The notes under the pieces are model-generated. The model searched no databases. It saw nothing but the letters and a program-made list of their open reading frames with translations, and was not told where the DNA came from. Shown one piece after another: positions 1-14,342 of a DNA stretch of 64,000 nucleotides; position 1 is the stretch's first letter; each line of letters begins with the position of its first letter. Both the position numbers and the translations under genes were made by a program. The stretch comes from Perna viridis (taxonomy: Eukaryota). The stretch spans positions 19,716,001 to 19,780,000 of the forward strand of contig CM074518.1 of the NCBI GenBank assembly GCA_037379345.1, read 5' to 3'.

Positions 1-390
1 GAAGTAAATAAAACCTGGATCCGACTTCCAACTTGAAACATGGAACAGGTGCACAGGTAGGGTAAGAATCCTGTCCTTTCTTGAAACACCAACCAAGTTG
101 CTTGTAAAATGTCACGTCCGGGGTAAACGAAAGAAAAAGAAACTATGATACGGTGAACAAATCAATTTCATGGTGCAGATGAATACTATAGAAAAGGAAC
201 AGATAAACTTGATGCAGCTTTTATTAATCCAGGAGTTTTTTCGTGACTACCAAAAAAAAACATTTGTAATGATGGATTTAATCTAGTAGCAAAGTAACTC
301 TTTACAGAAACTTTATTGTAAGTAGTTAGCCCGGATCAAAAAGTCTCAGGCATAGCGTATAATTTGTGATATGAAAACTTCATACGCATT
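1..390 (-). mobile_element. Penelope-like element (PLE family A) 3' fragment
   Basis: Reverse strand reads GCGTATGAAGTTTTCATATCACAAATTATACGCTATGCC (AYxVFISQIIRYA, PLE RT C-terminus) and carries the family 3' motif CTTACCCTACC.GTGCACCTG also seen at 10870, 30542, 32483 and 61702. Confidence 0.7.
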
Positions 391-2779
391 TGCCATAGAG
401 GATTTACACAAAAAATAATTTTCAATTTACAACTGACATGCAATCACGGCATCTCTACAAGCTGTAAGCATTAGAAAAAGAACATTGATTTAAATCATAA
501 TACCATGGGGGAATCGATACTAGATTCGGTCACAATAAAAGTGAAGGATGAAATCCAAGTTTATTCTATCCAAGATATTTTAAATGCATAATGAATAATC
601 GTTTTTTTTATTCCAAACATCATTGAAAACCTGATGTATGGCCTAAATACCAGTCCATATAAAATTCGGGTAAGGCAAATGACAAAGTGATTCATGGTGT
701 AGAAAAACCCACCGAACAAACGATGGTTTGTCAGTCTATATATGCTATACTTTTACATAGCAATAGTCATTTCTGCTTTCAGATCTGCACATTTTAGAAA
801 ATCATACGTTTATCTACCACTAAAATCAATCAAAAGAAACCATATCAAAAATGATAACGCTTGCAATGTGCAATTAATTTCATGTACAATGTATATACTT
901 TTTCATCTCAAAAGCGCAACAACCAAATGAAAATCTAAGACTGGTTATGCGATCTATAATATCAGGGCTTATGAACAAGTAATAAAACTGAATTCGGTTG
1001 GTTTTTGACAAGCCTTATTTACTTCCTGTCTGATTTTCTGATGCATTAAGATCCAGACCTGTGGTATAGTCATTGTTTTCATGCACTACAATCGAGTAAT
1101 TTGAAATATGTATATTGGCTATCTTTTAGGCATTGCAAAGATTAACGTTCTTTAACTTTCATAGACTATGTATGAATATTTGGTATTGGTCAATATCAAA
1201 CAACTTGAAGGCTGAGATAAACGTATTAAATACTAAAATTCATTATCATTTATAGAAAGTTGACATAGTTCACAATTATGATGATGTTTTATTTCGTTAC
1301 ATAAAAAATAAATATTTAGATAAGCTGGATTGAGCAATATCGTATTTTTCTAAGCAAAACTTTTGTTTCCCCTAAAATAATAAGTAAATCAATGTTTCTT
1401 ATAAATAGCAAGTAACAAAAGTCGCATTGCATATATTATCAATAATTGTAAATGTTCATCACATTCACAAGTACATTCTGCTTTGCTTTGTTATCATAAT
1501 GATAGTCATTATCGTGTTTATGAAATTAGAGCGGATAGCATAAACTTCTTTCCGGCTGTTGTTGTAAATTTAAAACGCACATTTGTATAATACACAATTA
1601 ATGAACTGACACGTTATATAAAGATTCATACAGGTAACAAGGACTTAGAAATCCAGCTAAGGATGTCTTAGCCGTTCACTCCATGAATTGCTTTTTGTTG
1701 ACAAGTAATTGAGACAGTTTTGTTTTAAAGAAATGTCAGTTAAACGCATTTTTCGTGCTTTGTTAATCCAAATGAAAACAATTTCTGAAAGCAATCATTC
1801 TTACATAGATGTTATGCTGAGTAATTTAGATGGTAAATACAAACATGTTATTGATATTATGTTCTACTTAGAACTGACATTGATTAAGTGTACGTTTCTG
1901 TACTCCCCAGAATAAACGATGTCTATCTTTTTTTTTTCGTGATGGCCGCACAACATTTGTTTAGTACACTCAGAATTAATCACAAACATAATAAAAGAAA
2001 AAAAAGAATGTAGGATGAAGGTTTTACGTACTATAACAAGATATGTAATTAGTTAGAAGAGCATTCCAAGATTTGATTATTGGTGTTTTCAAAATTACAT
2101 GCAGAATATTTATATACCAATTACATAATTGTTCCTCTATTTTCATTTGTCTGTTGTAAATGACTTTGTTTGTTTTGCTTTGAATAGAATGTTTTTCTTG
2201 GGGCACTTTATTTGATTCAAAACTTTCCATTTCATTCAAATAGACTTGATTAAAATATTGCAACATTCAATGTTTTGCATGGCAAACTTTGCCGATACAC
2301 AACAAAGCTCTTACCCAAACGATGCATCTGGTCGAATGTTTTAGCTATGTCTGGATTTCTTATCTATTCTGTAGTTCCTTACGTTAGTACATGAATGACA
2401 AATTAATTTGGAGTGTATTTCTTTTAATAGTCCTCTAGTCATGCATATCTTATTAATCGTGGCCTTTTGTTTTCACGGCAATTAAAAATCAGGAACTCTT
2501 GTCAGACAAAAAAATAATAACCGTGTCACTTTATTTAGTCAATTCAATAAATTAATAATATGGCCACCTCTCAAGGGAATCAGGTTGAATAATTCTTTTA
2601 CATAGAACACTTTGACATATGTACATTTTTATAGATTGGTCAGCCATCAGCTATCAGACAGACATGTTCAATGAATTTAACATAATGAAAAATATGCATG
2701 TCATCGTAAAGCATATGGATTTTTTTCCAAAGAAATATTTTAATAAGGACTGATATCATTGTTTAAAATGTAAGCAATT

Positions 2780-4200
2780 TCATGATAAGCGTTATATGTC
2801 TGGCTTTCAGACCACATTGAGCATCGTACTTGAGGCTGTGACACATTTATTTCAGACAAATATCTCAAAAATGAAATATTTCTGCAAATTGTATAAGTGC
2901 AAACAGTTTTAATTTTAATATTACTCCAATATTAATGTTTTAAATATAAAAAAATGGCAATATAAGTATCCGGTTAGTGTTAGCGACACTCATATTTCAA
3001 TCGAAAATCTTTAAAATGACATATTTTAGCAAGACGTATGTGTGCAAACACTTTTAATATACCTATCAGTCCAAAACTTCTTATTTAAAATGTTAAAATT
3101 GTCAATACGAGTGTTTTATTGATGGCTTTATATATTTCACATTAAATTCTCAAAAATGAGATATTTATGCAAATTAAATGAATGAAAACGCTAAAATTGT
3201 CCTTAATGGTCTTAAATTAAATCATTGTTCAAAAAGTCAAATTGTCATAATAACCATCACATACGTGGCTGCGAAACATTTATTTCAGTCAAATTTCTTA
3301 AAAATGACATGTTCTGCGACCTGTATGAGTGCGATCAGTTTTAATTTCAATAATGATCCAATACTATAGTTTAAAATATTTTAATCCAAAATCTTCAAAA
3401 TGTCATATATTTACGCAAAGTGTATGTATGCGAGCACTTTTAATATACCTAAAACTAATGTATAAAATATTAAAATTGTCAATATAAGTCAATGTTGATG
3501 ACAGTGATACATTTATTTCAGACCAAATTCTTACAAAATAGATGGTTTTTTTTGCAAATTAAATGAGTGTGAACACTATATATCCTTAATGGTCTAAAAT
3601 AATTGTTAAGACTGTAAACATTTGTCAAAATGCTGCAACACATTTATTTTAGTCCAAAATGACATATTTCTACAAATTGTATGAATGCAAACAGTTTTAA
3701 TTTCAATTATGGTCCAAACAACATGTCAATATCAGTATACAGTTGGTGGTTGGGACACTCATATTTCGATACAAAATCTTCAAAATATAATATTTTTGAA
3801 ATTTGAAGAAGTGTAAACACTCGAAAGTTCCTAAATGGTCTACAATAATTGTTTGAAATGTAATAATTGACAAAATGATCATCATATGTGTGGTTGCCAC
3901 ACATTTATTTGAGTCCAATTTCTCAAAAATGGCAATATTATTATCCGTTTCGTGGTTGCAACACTTATTATACATGTCTGACAATTGAAAGGAAATCAAC
4001 GTTTTTAATTTAAAAAATGGTTTTGTTTCTATTGTCCAATATGTTCAAAATATCAATATTTCAATTATGCGAACGTCGCTCTGTGACACAAAATCATGTC
4101 AGTCTAAAGTCAAGAATGACGTACGTTTCGAAAGCAGATAAGCGCGAACATTTTTAATCTATGATAACAAGAAATTAAATATTCTATAAATAAACTAAAC
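2780..4200. repeat. Degenerate tandem satellite, ~145-bp unit, roughly 8-9 copies
   Basis: Recurring ACACATTTATTTCAG...CAAAAATG.CATATTT..GCAAATT..ATGAGTGC.AACA.TTTTAAT at about 2841, 2987, 3275, 3508, 3638, 3755 and 3899. Confidence 0.75.
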
Positions 4201-4349
4201 ATAAAAAAATCAATAATGAACTGCGACTCCTATAATCATACAAAAATATTCTAAAAGACATATTTAAAACTCTTCCAATTGCTGTGACAATCATTGGATT
4301 ATGTTAGGTACGTTGCTTACGGAAAAATTAGGGCAGAACATTTTTTAAC

Positions 4350-4535
4350 GATTGACCTATTCATTTACCACGTACACATTCCACATTCCTAATGCCCCAT
4401 ACTATATTGCCCATTGACCCCCCATTCCAAATTGCCCAATACCCCATTTCTTATTGACCCATCCCCAATTTCTCATTGCCCCATTTTCCATTCCCCACTG
4501 ACCCATACCCCATAATATGGGAAGTTCATCCCTTA
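4350..4535. repeat. CCCATT-rich low-complexity element end
   Basis: Reiterated CCCAT(T/A) ending CCCCATAATATGGGAAGTTCATCCC. A similar end CCCCATAAAATTTGGAAGTTTATCCC occurs at ~33643-33668. Confidence 0.5.
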
Positions 4536-5189
4536 TCCCTCACAGGTACTGTATTTGAATGTCATTTGCAGGGTGATCTCCCTTAATTTTGAAATCTATA
4601 CTGCAATCTATATAATTTTTATTTCCGAAAAACATGGGTTATTTGAAAAATTGTATTTCTTTCTGATTACTATGGCAATTCAAACAAATTATCAGAAATG
4701 AGAATGTGTAAGCTTTTTACCCATGAATCGCATTTCGCACGGTTCTACTAAAGTATTTAGAAAGTGTTCCAATGTCTTCCCTTTTTATTCATCAAATCGT
4801 TGTTAAAGGAGATTTGGTTGTTCATATTAATATGTTTAAGTTTTACATATATTTATATAGGGCGCGAACTTAACCAAAGTGGAGAAAACACAATTTTGTA
4901 ATGTTAGAAAATAGTTTTCAATATTAGAAATTCATTTTGTAATATTATAAATGCATTTTCTAATAATACAATTTTTTTCTCATTTAGAAATATTACAAAA
5001 TATCACACATTTTAATATTTTTTTTTTTTTTTGCCAAAAAAGACTTTAGTTAGATTTCCAAACAGGTAAAAAAAACCTCGAGCCATGTAACTGACTATAA
5101 TTGATGCTCAAAATGTCTGTTCATATCATCTTGCATACAAGTTCTCACTGGTGTTTTTCACGCAACCATCTAAATGATTCGATTGGCCT

Positions 5190-8100
5190 GTGTCTATTAA
5201 TCATGGTTGTTAGTCATCTATATGATGAATGAAATGGATTGCTCTGACAGGATAGTTCTTTGCAAGTAAATTACCTTTTTTTGGTATTTGATGGAATGCA
5301 TTAGTTTCTTGGAGTTCTTTTACTATTTTTCCAACATCTTCTTTATACTTAGGAAGCTTATGAAATCCTTTTCTTCTTCTCAACTTTGTTATGATGTCAA
5401 AATGTTTTGTATAGTTAATTAATTGAGGATATGCCTTTGAATGTGCTATTATGTTTTCTTAGGTTTGATGACCACTTACAATGTCTTTGCTATCTCTGTT
5501 CAACATTTCTATGTACTCGTCCAATGCTATGTTGTTGTTTTCCCTCCTTGAATGTTGACTGTCCTATTTAATACAAGTCTTTCTCTTTGTTCTGGGGATA
5601 ATGTTTCCTCCGAAAGTGCAGTCTAATGAACACAGCCTATAACATATTTCAATTTGTTTGTTTTGTTAAAAACTGGAAGTTCATACTTAGCTGACATAAC
5701 AGCTCTTCTACCATCAACAATATCTTTAGCTCTGTCAGGAGAGCAGTCAGATTGAAAACAAGAAGTATTTAATTGTAAACATCGTCGTCTTTGGCAGCTG
5801 ACCTTTTCTTTTTCTTTTACAATTTAGGACCACCGTGTCGGTGTTCTTGAAGCTAATGGGTTTTAAACTTCCTGAGCGGGAGTACGACTTCTCACAGAAA
5901 TGGCATGGAAACCTACTCTTATCATTAAGTGCCCAATAATTCTCTGGATGGTCAGGAACCTCTAAAATGTCCCTCAGTTCCATAAACATATCATTAGTAC
6001 CGTCAAAAAACCATCGGTCTACAACATCCCCACATACACCAAATAGCCAATCTATTTTCTCCTCTTTACACATTTCATGGAATCCTGGTGGTAATTGTAC
6101 CTCATCACTATTATTAGAATCACACTGCTCAAAAAAAAAAAAAATACAAGCATCAAATACTGTGTAGTAAAACATCGTATATGCCCTGAAAGCATTATTG
6201 ACTTCTCCTTTTACATTCGTGGCATTCAGCAGATTTCTGTAACTGAGAACTGTGTGTAAGCTTGTATATTGCCAGTAAATTAATGCACATACTGATAAGG
6301 AAACGTAGTAAATCTAACCCAGACAATTCTGACATCAGACATTATGTAAAAACACTTATAATCACTTTTAATGGGAGGTAGTCAGGGGTGTCTATATGGG
6401 GATTAAGGGGTGGGAACCAGTGGTTGAAGGGGTGGAGGTCACAGGAAATGGCGGTTGAAGAGTCGGGAATTGGGGAGTAAAAAATGAGGGGATTAGGGTT
6501 GGGAACCATAACCAAGGTAAAATGAAGGGGTCGTTTAGCGGTGGTCTTGGGGAGTGAAGAGGGGATGAAGTACTACCCTGTCCATTCCCACTTTTATGTC
6601 ATTAAAACCAGCATAAACCAAACAAATTTCCAACTACAAATAATTCTTATACACATCTTAAATGGTGTTCCCCATACTCCCCCTATTGTCACAAGAGTAT
6701 TTGAAATCACCTTCTACACCTCAATGATTTTGTTCTCAATTTTATAAACATTTCGACTGGCCGCCATCTAAATAAAATTTCAATGTGACTAATAGGAATC
6801 CATTATAGTGACCTTTATTTAAACCAAGTATGAACTTTGTACAAGTTTTTGCTATTTTCTGACAAATGTGCTCAATAAGAAATTTCTAATAGTCTAGAAA
6901 GCAGCCTTTTTATTGGTTTCCTACACGTTTTTTTTCCTGTCGTATAACTATTACAAACCATACACATTATAACATTGCTTATATAGTTCAACCTTCTGAT
7001 TTTATATTTACAATATTAGGTAAATGAACTAACCACTATGAAAGAGTAATCAAGGAAACCAAGGTTATAGCCGTAATCAAAAGAATGCAATCCAGGGACA
7101 AAGACCAGACATTGAAAACAGACATACACAACGAAGAACATAAAGTTACAAAAATCATACACACAAAGCAACAAAAGTAAATGAGCAACTCGGACTCCAC
7201 TAAAAACTGGGAGCATTCATTATTCTGTGCCAGTCTTCTACTTTTGATATAAAACCTTGTAGTTTATCTTTTGGGGTTTCAACATTTACCATGGCCTGTT
7301 GTGCTGACTGCACCCGTTCATCTGTCAATCTATCACCAATAGAAATATACATATAACTGTTGAGTAAAGTAAAATTTCACATGGTTATGAACATTATCAC
7401 TGAAGTAAAGTTCTTAGCAGGCATAGAAATAATTCAAAAATTAAAAGGATGAACATCGAAAAAAAAATATGTGACTGTAGTTTACGTACATGTATATTTA
7501 AAATTGTCAGAGGAATATGCAAAGGTTAACCCCTTCTCATCTGCTTTATCATAAATTTGAACAAAATAATATTAACATATTAATTTAGACTACATGTAGC
7601 TGATTTATGCTTATTTCAGTACCTCCAAAGAAAACTTTTAGCATTCCATTCTCTGTCAAGAGTACAAAGTTTGCAGTTTATTTCTTCAGAATACTTATCA
7701 CATCCTGGGTATTGTTCTTAAATAAGCCTAAAGGAAACTGAAGAAGAATTGAAATACATGTAACTGAATTAGTTAGGAATCAAACATAACTTTCATAAAG
7801 TGCACTTCTAGTATAATGATAAACTAAATATTTACTCACTTATTAAGCATTTTTGCATAGTAAAGCACATAATTATGTACATGCAGTGTTCAAGGTGGAA
7901 CAGAAATTTTAGGTTTCAGAAGAAAACCCCAAATAAAGAATACCTCCTTCTCAATTCAAGAGAATTTGTTGAGTTCAGAAAGCAAAAATTGAGGATTTCT
8001 ACTTGCCGATGGGAAAATTGAACATAAAAAAAACATCAAAACTACACTAAAATTGCCTTGCCCTGGGTGATGGGGAAGTGAAAAATTGTTATTTTGTTAT

Positions 8101-9475
8101 TATGCATATTGTTCATGGTGGTTATTAGATTGAAAAATGCACATAAAATATGTAAACACGAAACCTATAATTGACAGCACATGAAAAAATAGCTGCATTC
8201 AGATATAAGACCAGTTCTTTTACATAAAATTACCTGCTTTGTTTTTTGTTTTGTTTTGTTTTTTTTTATCCTGCAAGATGACAGTACTCATGTTCTAGGT
8301 GCTGAGGAAATATGCTTTCATACTCAGGTGTGAAAATGCCCATATGCTCTATCACTGATAATGCTACTAGAAATGAAAGTTATTTTTTCAAATGTCTCTC
8401 TTCTTCTATTGATGGTATAAAATCAGCAACACTCAATCGCTTTTCTTCATGAACTAATGTAATGTAATCTCATTATTTACAATGCGGTCTACAACTGCAA
8501 CTACTTGAAACAGGTGTAATGAAAGAGTCTTGTCCTGAGGAGTTCTATATGAGGGTAAAATGTTTTTGTCTCCTACAATTTGAAATTTTGAAGCATCCTT
8601 TCTCCCTTTTCCCATGCATCCTTCAGTTGTGCAACCTCCTTGTCTAGGGAATCTTCCCATGATGAAAATTTGGTTTGTATTGATCTTGGACTAACTGTCA
8701 AACCAAGCCTTGCTAAACGCTCAATATCCTATGAAAATAGTATAGACAATTACATCATAACATGTGTAAACTGTATCCTTAATATTAAACCTGTAATCAT
8801 TCTTTATCATTTAAGTTGCATGTACATGTAATCTTAATAATTATAATGACATATCAAGCAAAATTACTATGTAAACCTTCTTTGAACTACAATAAAAATT
8901 TTCCAACAAAGATTTACTTTACCCTTACTCGTGTTACTTGTACACATTTATGACGAAAACTTACTCTTTGCTTGCAAGCACCATGTGTTAACAACAATCC
9001 AACTTGGTAATACAACAATGAAATCTCTTAACTTCTACCATGTAACACATTTCCCACTGTGAACAGTAACAGTAAGTGTTAATGGAATGCTACTGAATGT
9101 TGAGGATATTATTGTCAAAGTGTTTGGAGCTTTCAGCTGTAATTCATTGCGGAATTTATCCCACTGGCAATCAACGATTCCAGAATATGATCTGTCCTGA
9201 AGTATTGCCCCAGATCCTTGTTTGCATATATCTTCAAAATCCGAAGAAACCAGGCCAGCAGCAGCTACAGTTATAATTTCAGAATGTGTTTTACTTACAA
9301 TATCAACTATGATTTTTTCAACTTTTACTTTTCTATGGATGGCCCTACAAATATTTCTATGAGAGACGTCTGGTATAAACGATCTTCTCTTTCCACTGGG
9401 ATAATAAACAGTCATCTGGTGGAAATAAAACATATTCAATATTAAAGTTGTTTGATTCATTGAATTGACATCCAC
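5190..9475 (-). pseudogene. Decayed multi-exon DUF6589-family / Academ(H)-like transposase gene
   Basis: Minus-strand translated blocks in collinear order: FQIVGD..LPSYRTPQDKTLSLHLFQVVAVVDR (~8480-8590); GDRLTDERVQSAQQAMVNVETPKDKLQGFISKVEDWHRIM (~7220-7340); CHFCEKSY zinc-finger-like segment (~5880-5910); LSPEQRERLVLNRTVNIQGGK/NNNIALDEYIEMLN (~5500-5600). Frameshifts and stops throughout. Family assignment is from recalled motifs. Confidence 0.65.
7040..7218 (-). mobile_element. PLE family A 3' end fragment abutting the transposase coding segment
   Basis: GAGTAATCAAGGAAACCAAGGTTATAGCCGTAATCAAAAGAATG...CTCCACTAAAAACTGGGAGCAT; same module at 10697, 32302 and 61317. Confidence 0.75.
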
Positions 9476-10696
9476 TCAAAAAATGTTTTTGTACACACAT
9501 CTTCAAAACCTGCTTTGACAAGTGATATTAAATTAATTTATTAACTATTACTTCATCAATGTTTAAGATAAAGAACTGTTCTTATTCAAATATCAAGCAA
9601 ATATATTAAGTCAATCAGATTGAATGCATAAAAATGTAGACTGGAATACCCAAATATTTGTTCTTAACAAACAGTACAATCATCATCATACTGCATAATG
9701 CTTTGCAATATCTGCTGATCTACAAAGAAAACTAAAGACTCAAGACAGAACAACATTAAAATCAATTGAAACAAAATGAATATTTCATCACAAAATCTAC
9801 TTTCATGCATACATGTATATGAATTTCATTGTCCTTCATTTGACCAAACTGGAGTAATGGACTAAGGAGTCTAATGTGTGTGTGCAAGTCATTGAGTTCT
9901 GTAAAGACCTATTGAAAGTAATTCTCAATCTGCCTCGGTCAACATTTATATTTTTTTTATTTACATGTATGCACAATTCCTTTAGTAAGCAAAATGCTTT
10001 AATATATATAATATTTTAAAATAACAAATTATAAAATGTACATATACTAAATTATTAATTGAATACAAGTGAACGAAAAGGTGATTCAGCAAAAGTACAT
10101 ATTGTATTAATACATTTGAACATGTTATTTTCCTAATTAGAAAATTTCATGTTTTTTTTATATTACATGTAGCTGTAGTTTCTATGTTTTGGTAAAATAT
10201 ATGTAGTTAATTGTAGTTCAACAATTCAACATGTAACATTGTAACAATAATTCTACTACTGTTTTAGAATGACAGCTTAAATAATGATTAATGTTGATGA
10301 TTACTGCAACATAACACATGCATGTAAATGACTAATTTGACAAAAGGATAAATTACATAAACTAGTGATTATGGACACGTAAGTGTTTAAGATAAAGTAC
10401 ATACATGTATGCAGATAAATTAATTCAAAACAGGTAACTACTGAAAACTTTTATGTTTTAGTTTGAATAACAAGACTGGAAATAAAAGCAAAATATAGGT
10501 TTTCAACTAAACTTAACTTATTTCCAGTCAAGTTGATATTAGAAACCCCGTATGTACAGAAAAGGATTTTTTTTCCAATGTTTTACCAGTCAAAAACTGT
10601 TCATTGTGTACAGTTTGTTATTGTGCAGGTGTAATATAATAAAAATATTAACTTATTTAAAATTAATAATATTATTTGAAGAAATACCATTTTGAA

Positions 10697-10900
10697 AGCG
10701 TAATCAAGGAAACTAAGGTTATAGCGGTAATCAAAAGAATGTTATCCAAGGACAAAGACCAGACATGGAAAACAGGGATACACAACAAAGAACATAAAGT
10801 AACTAAAATCATACATATAAAGCAACAAATGCAAATGAGCAACTCGGTCTCCACTAAAAACTGGGAGCATGGACCAGGTGCACCGGTAGGGTAAGAGTCA
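10697..10900 (-). mobile_element. PLE family A 3' end fragment
   Basis: Same module, including GGACCAGGTGCACCGGTAGGGTAAG. Confidence 0.75.
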
Positions 10901-13189
10901 TAATAAAACATAATTTACATGTTTCATAGACCTGTATGCGAACATAAATACAGGGCCATGTATGAACTCTTCAAGGTAAACTTATTAAAAAATCACCTCA
11001 ACTTCACCAGTTAAACTACTTTCTAAGGAGTCCTGAATTTGACTTAGGCTTTCACTTTGCCGTTTTCTTGTTCAGTTTCACTGAAACAGCAGGATCAAAA
11101 CGTTTTAATTATTTTTGAAATGGAGTTAAATTGGCGTAAGACTATTTAAAAAAAAAAATTATATGGAAGCGTAAAATCGGACCAATTACTTATAAAACTG
11201 GCAATAAGTTTGTTTCGACGTTTTTATGTTTTTTTTCAGTGATGGCCAGATTTTACACACTGATCAATTCTGGACAAATAGTGTTTTACACAAAATATAT
11301 ATATTTCACCACACAGTTGCTTAGATTTTCAAATTGATTTAATAAATCAAGATGTTATTGTGTATAAATAAAACTGTCAACGCAAATACCTGTGCCAAAC
11401 ATGCTTGGAAATTTGATCGTTGATCGTTTATTTGCTATTCGTACTCGTTATCATGTTTTGTTGGTTCATTTTTCAACTAATTAATTATATCTTAAATGCG
11501 TTTTCCTAAATTTTACATAAATAAAAATAACCAGAAAACGATTGAAAAGTATTCCAAAAATGTTTCCAAAGTATATTTCTTAATAGTCGGAACTGGGTAT
11601 TTGATGGCATACTACAATGTTCGTAATAGGAATTTACTTACATATATATATTTAAGCCAGTTTTAATATATTCGGTCTATCCAAATTGCCACAAGTCATC
11701 AGTGGAACCCTAAATTATAATTGTAATATTTTTATACAGAAAATACCAAAGGAGTCATTTGTAACTGAAACATGCAAGGGTTTTGACGTTAAAATTAGTT
11801 TTGCATTCATATAAAGCTTATACTTTAAGTATGACTGACACTGTTCTTTATATCATTTCAAAACTGAGACATTGAAACGTGATATTACTATTAAGTATTT
11901 AATATCACAAATATCTAGGCTTTTTGGTTCAGTGGTGGGCAAACAAAGGCTTATAGTAAAGACTAAGGCGATTATATTTTTGTGATAATTTTAACAATTT
12001 GAACCATTCGAATAAATAACTAAGCATCATAAAAGTATAGATGCAAGGGGTACCTTTCAAGCTCCATAGCTTCTTCAAATGACCCATAGTTTGTGAAAAA
12101 ATTCCAAGGCAATATTGGGTAAACCGTTCTCACAAGTATAAGTCATAAATATGTTCCAATATGAACGGAATTCATATAGCATTGTGCACTTTGCATTAGG
12201 AAAGAAACTGATGAATCAAAAGTATCTGCTCAAGGCTTACACAGGAGTGTAATGGGATCTTCTAGAATTTTCTGAAGTTCAGGTATAGTTTTATATCACT
12301 AAAATACTAATATGAAGCGTCTTAAGCATTTTCTCCACTTCAGCAATTATTATCACTAATTGGAAACCCTCTACCCCACTCAAATGCAAAAATGCTATTC
12401 ATCGTCCACCATATTGTATTTTTTCTGTATTAGTAAATATAGTATGTAAACACATGGCCGGTATTGTGTGCTAAAAACGAAAATGTCATTATCAAGGTTT
12501 TGAGTGCCCAAATACTTTTATAATTCTCCCAAAACAAAGTTGGAGAACATATAATTTGTTAGGTTTCGCCTTACCGACGTCTTGCCCGCGCAGCGCTTCC
12601 TGAAACATCTAAATTGGGTAACGACAAAGTTGCCATAGAAATAGGCCATCAGTTGACGTTGCGCTACGTCATTTTAAGAAATAACAACTTTACTGCCATT
12701 TAAGAATGGCAGCCGTTCAAACTTCAAAATTATAATAATCAGAAAACTGGTCATTGTATTGGCCATCAATTGACTGTAATGAACTTCAATAAATGGCCAC
12801 ATCATAAGATGGCCTCCAGTCAAAAAAATATTTTTAATTAGAAATATCATGAAGGTAAGTTTAAATGCTCCTATGACAATTGAGAAAATGGGGAACATTC
12901 TGTCACACTTTCCGTAACAATTATGTTTAATGTTATATTAGTATTATTACTTTTATTTATATATATACAGTGTTTGGTGTCTCTATAAGCGCAGCAAAGA
13001 TTACGATGTGCAATGAAGGGAACATGTAGGACTGTGAATATGCGGATGTTTTCTCAACATGCATTTTTCAAAAAGCCAAAATCGAGTGGTGTCATATGTG
13101 ATTCTTTGAAACAGATATGTACTTGACTAAGTTACACGAACCAAACTGTTCAAAATCAGGCTACAGAAACCCAATTATACATCGGAAAA

Positions 13190-13346
13190 CTCATAAGATA
13201 TAACATAGCAATTGCCTTAAAATTTACTCAATTGCAAGAATAAATCAGCTGTTTAATCACTTGAGTGTAAAAAGCAACTGGATACCTGAGTGATCACAGG
13301 TATATAACACGAATGTAAGATATTATAACTGCTTTCAATTTTAGCT
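13190..13346 (+). repeat. DIRS left ITR
   Basis: Reverse complement of 16916-17073, e.g. ATAAGATATAACATAGCAATTGCCTTAAAATTTACTCAATTGC vs GCAATTGAGTAAATTTGAAGGCAATTGCAATGTTATATCTTAT. Confidence 0.9.
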
Positions 13347-14342
13347 CGTTGAGAATGCATGTTAAATTTGTATTATGGCTCAAAAGTTGCTTTTGTCTCC
13401 GAGTTTTAAGGGGAAACTTACCCCTACGCGTGATTTAGTTGACGATTTAGATTATATTTCTGAAATGTCTAGTCACGAAGAAGGTCACTTTAATGACGCC
13501 GATGAGGGCGACGAAATACATGCCAATAAGGGCAATATAGATGCCAGTCAGGGCAAAAGTAATAAAATTCATGGTAAAAATGCTAGTCACGGCAGAGACA
13601 ATATCATTTAGAACTGCGACGATACAAGGCATATTTCAGACGAGGATTTGTCTGTTGAGTCCAATCAGAGTCCACAAAACTGGATTTTGGAAAGAAATAT
13701 CATACAGAATCAATTCGTACTTTCCAGGTTTCCGGTAGGAAGAGAAAAAATGACCATGAAGAGGGTGAAATATCAGAGTCAGAGTCTCCCTCACAGGACT
13801 TGTCTGATTCTGAAACTGACAGTGATGCTAGTAAGCTGTTTGACCCGTCTGAAATATTGAAAAAAGGAACTAAGGTTCCGGGTCAAATTACTAGGTACAT
13901 TGAGAAGTACGCAAATCAGGGCATCAGTAAAAAGGTCAGATTTGAAGTGACAAAATTGTAATATTCCTACTAGTGACAGGTTAGCCAAGAAAGATACATG
14001 ACATGTTTTTGCTTGGTAGTTCTGGTAACAAACACAACTATAAGAATTCTAAAAAATATCTCGTTTCAGTGGTGGTCGAGGTGTTGGACACAACAGCCAA
14101 AGTCAAGACCAGAACCAGTTTTCTTTTCGGGTCGAGCCCCACACATTGGCCAGTTTGGGGGCAGGGGCAGAGACAGAAGCCAAAACAGTTCAAGAGACAG
14201 GGTGCCAAGAATTTAAAAAAAAACAGGTAAGTATTACAGATTTAGAATTTCTTCCAATTTAGACAGACAAATTTAAGCATCTACCTGTAGGGGGGAGAAT
14301 GAATTTTTTTTCAGAAATTGGCAATGCCTAACTTCATATCCT

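Noticed and set aside
742-4000. Short ORFs in the first 4 kb
   Set aside because: They show no domain similarity and overlap AT-rich DNA and satellite.
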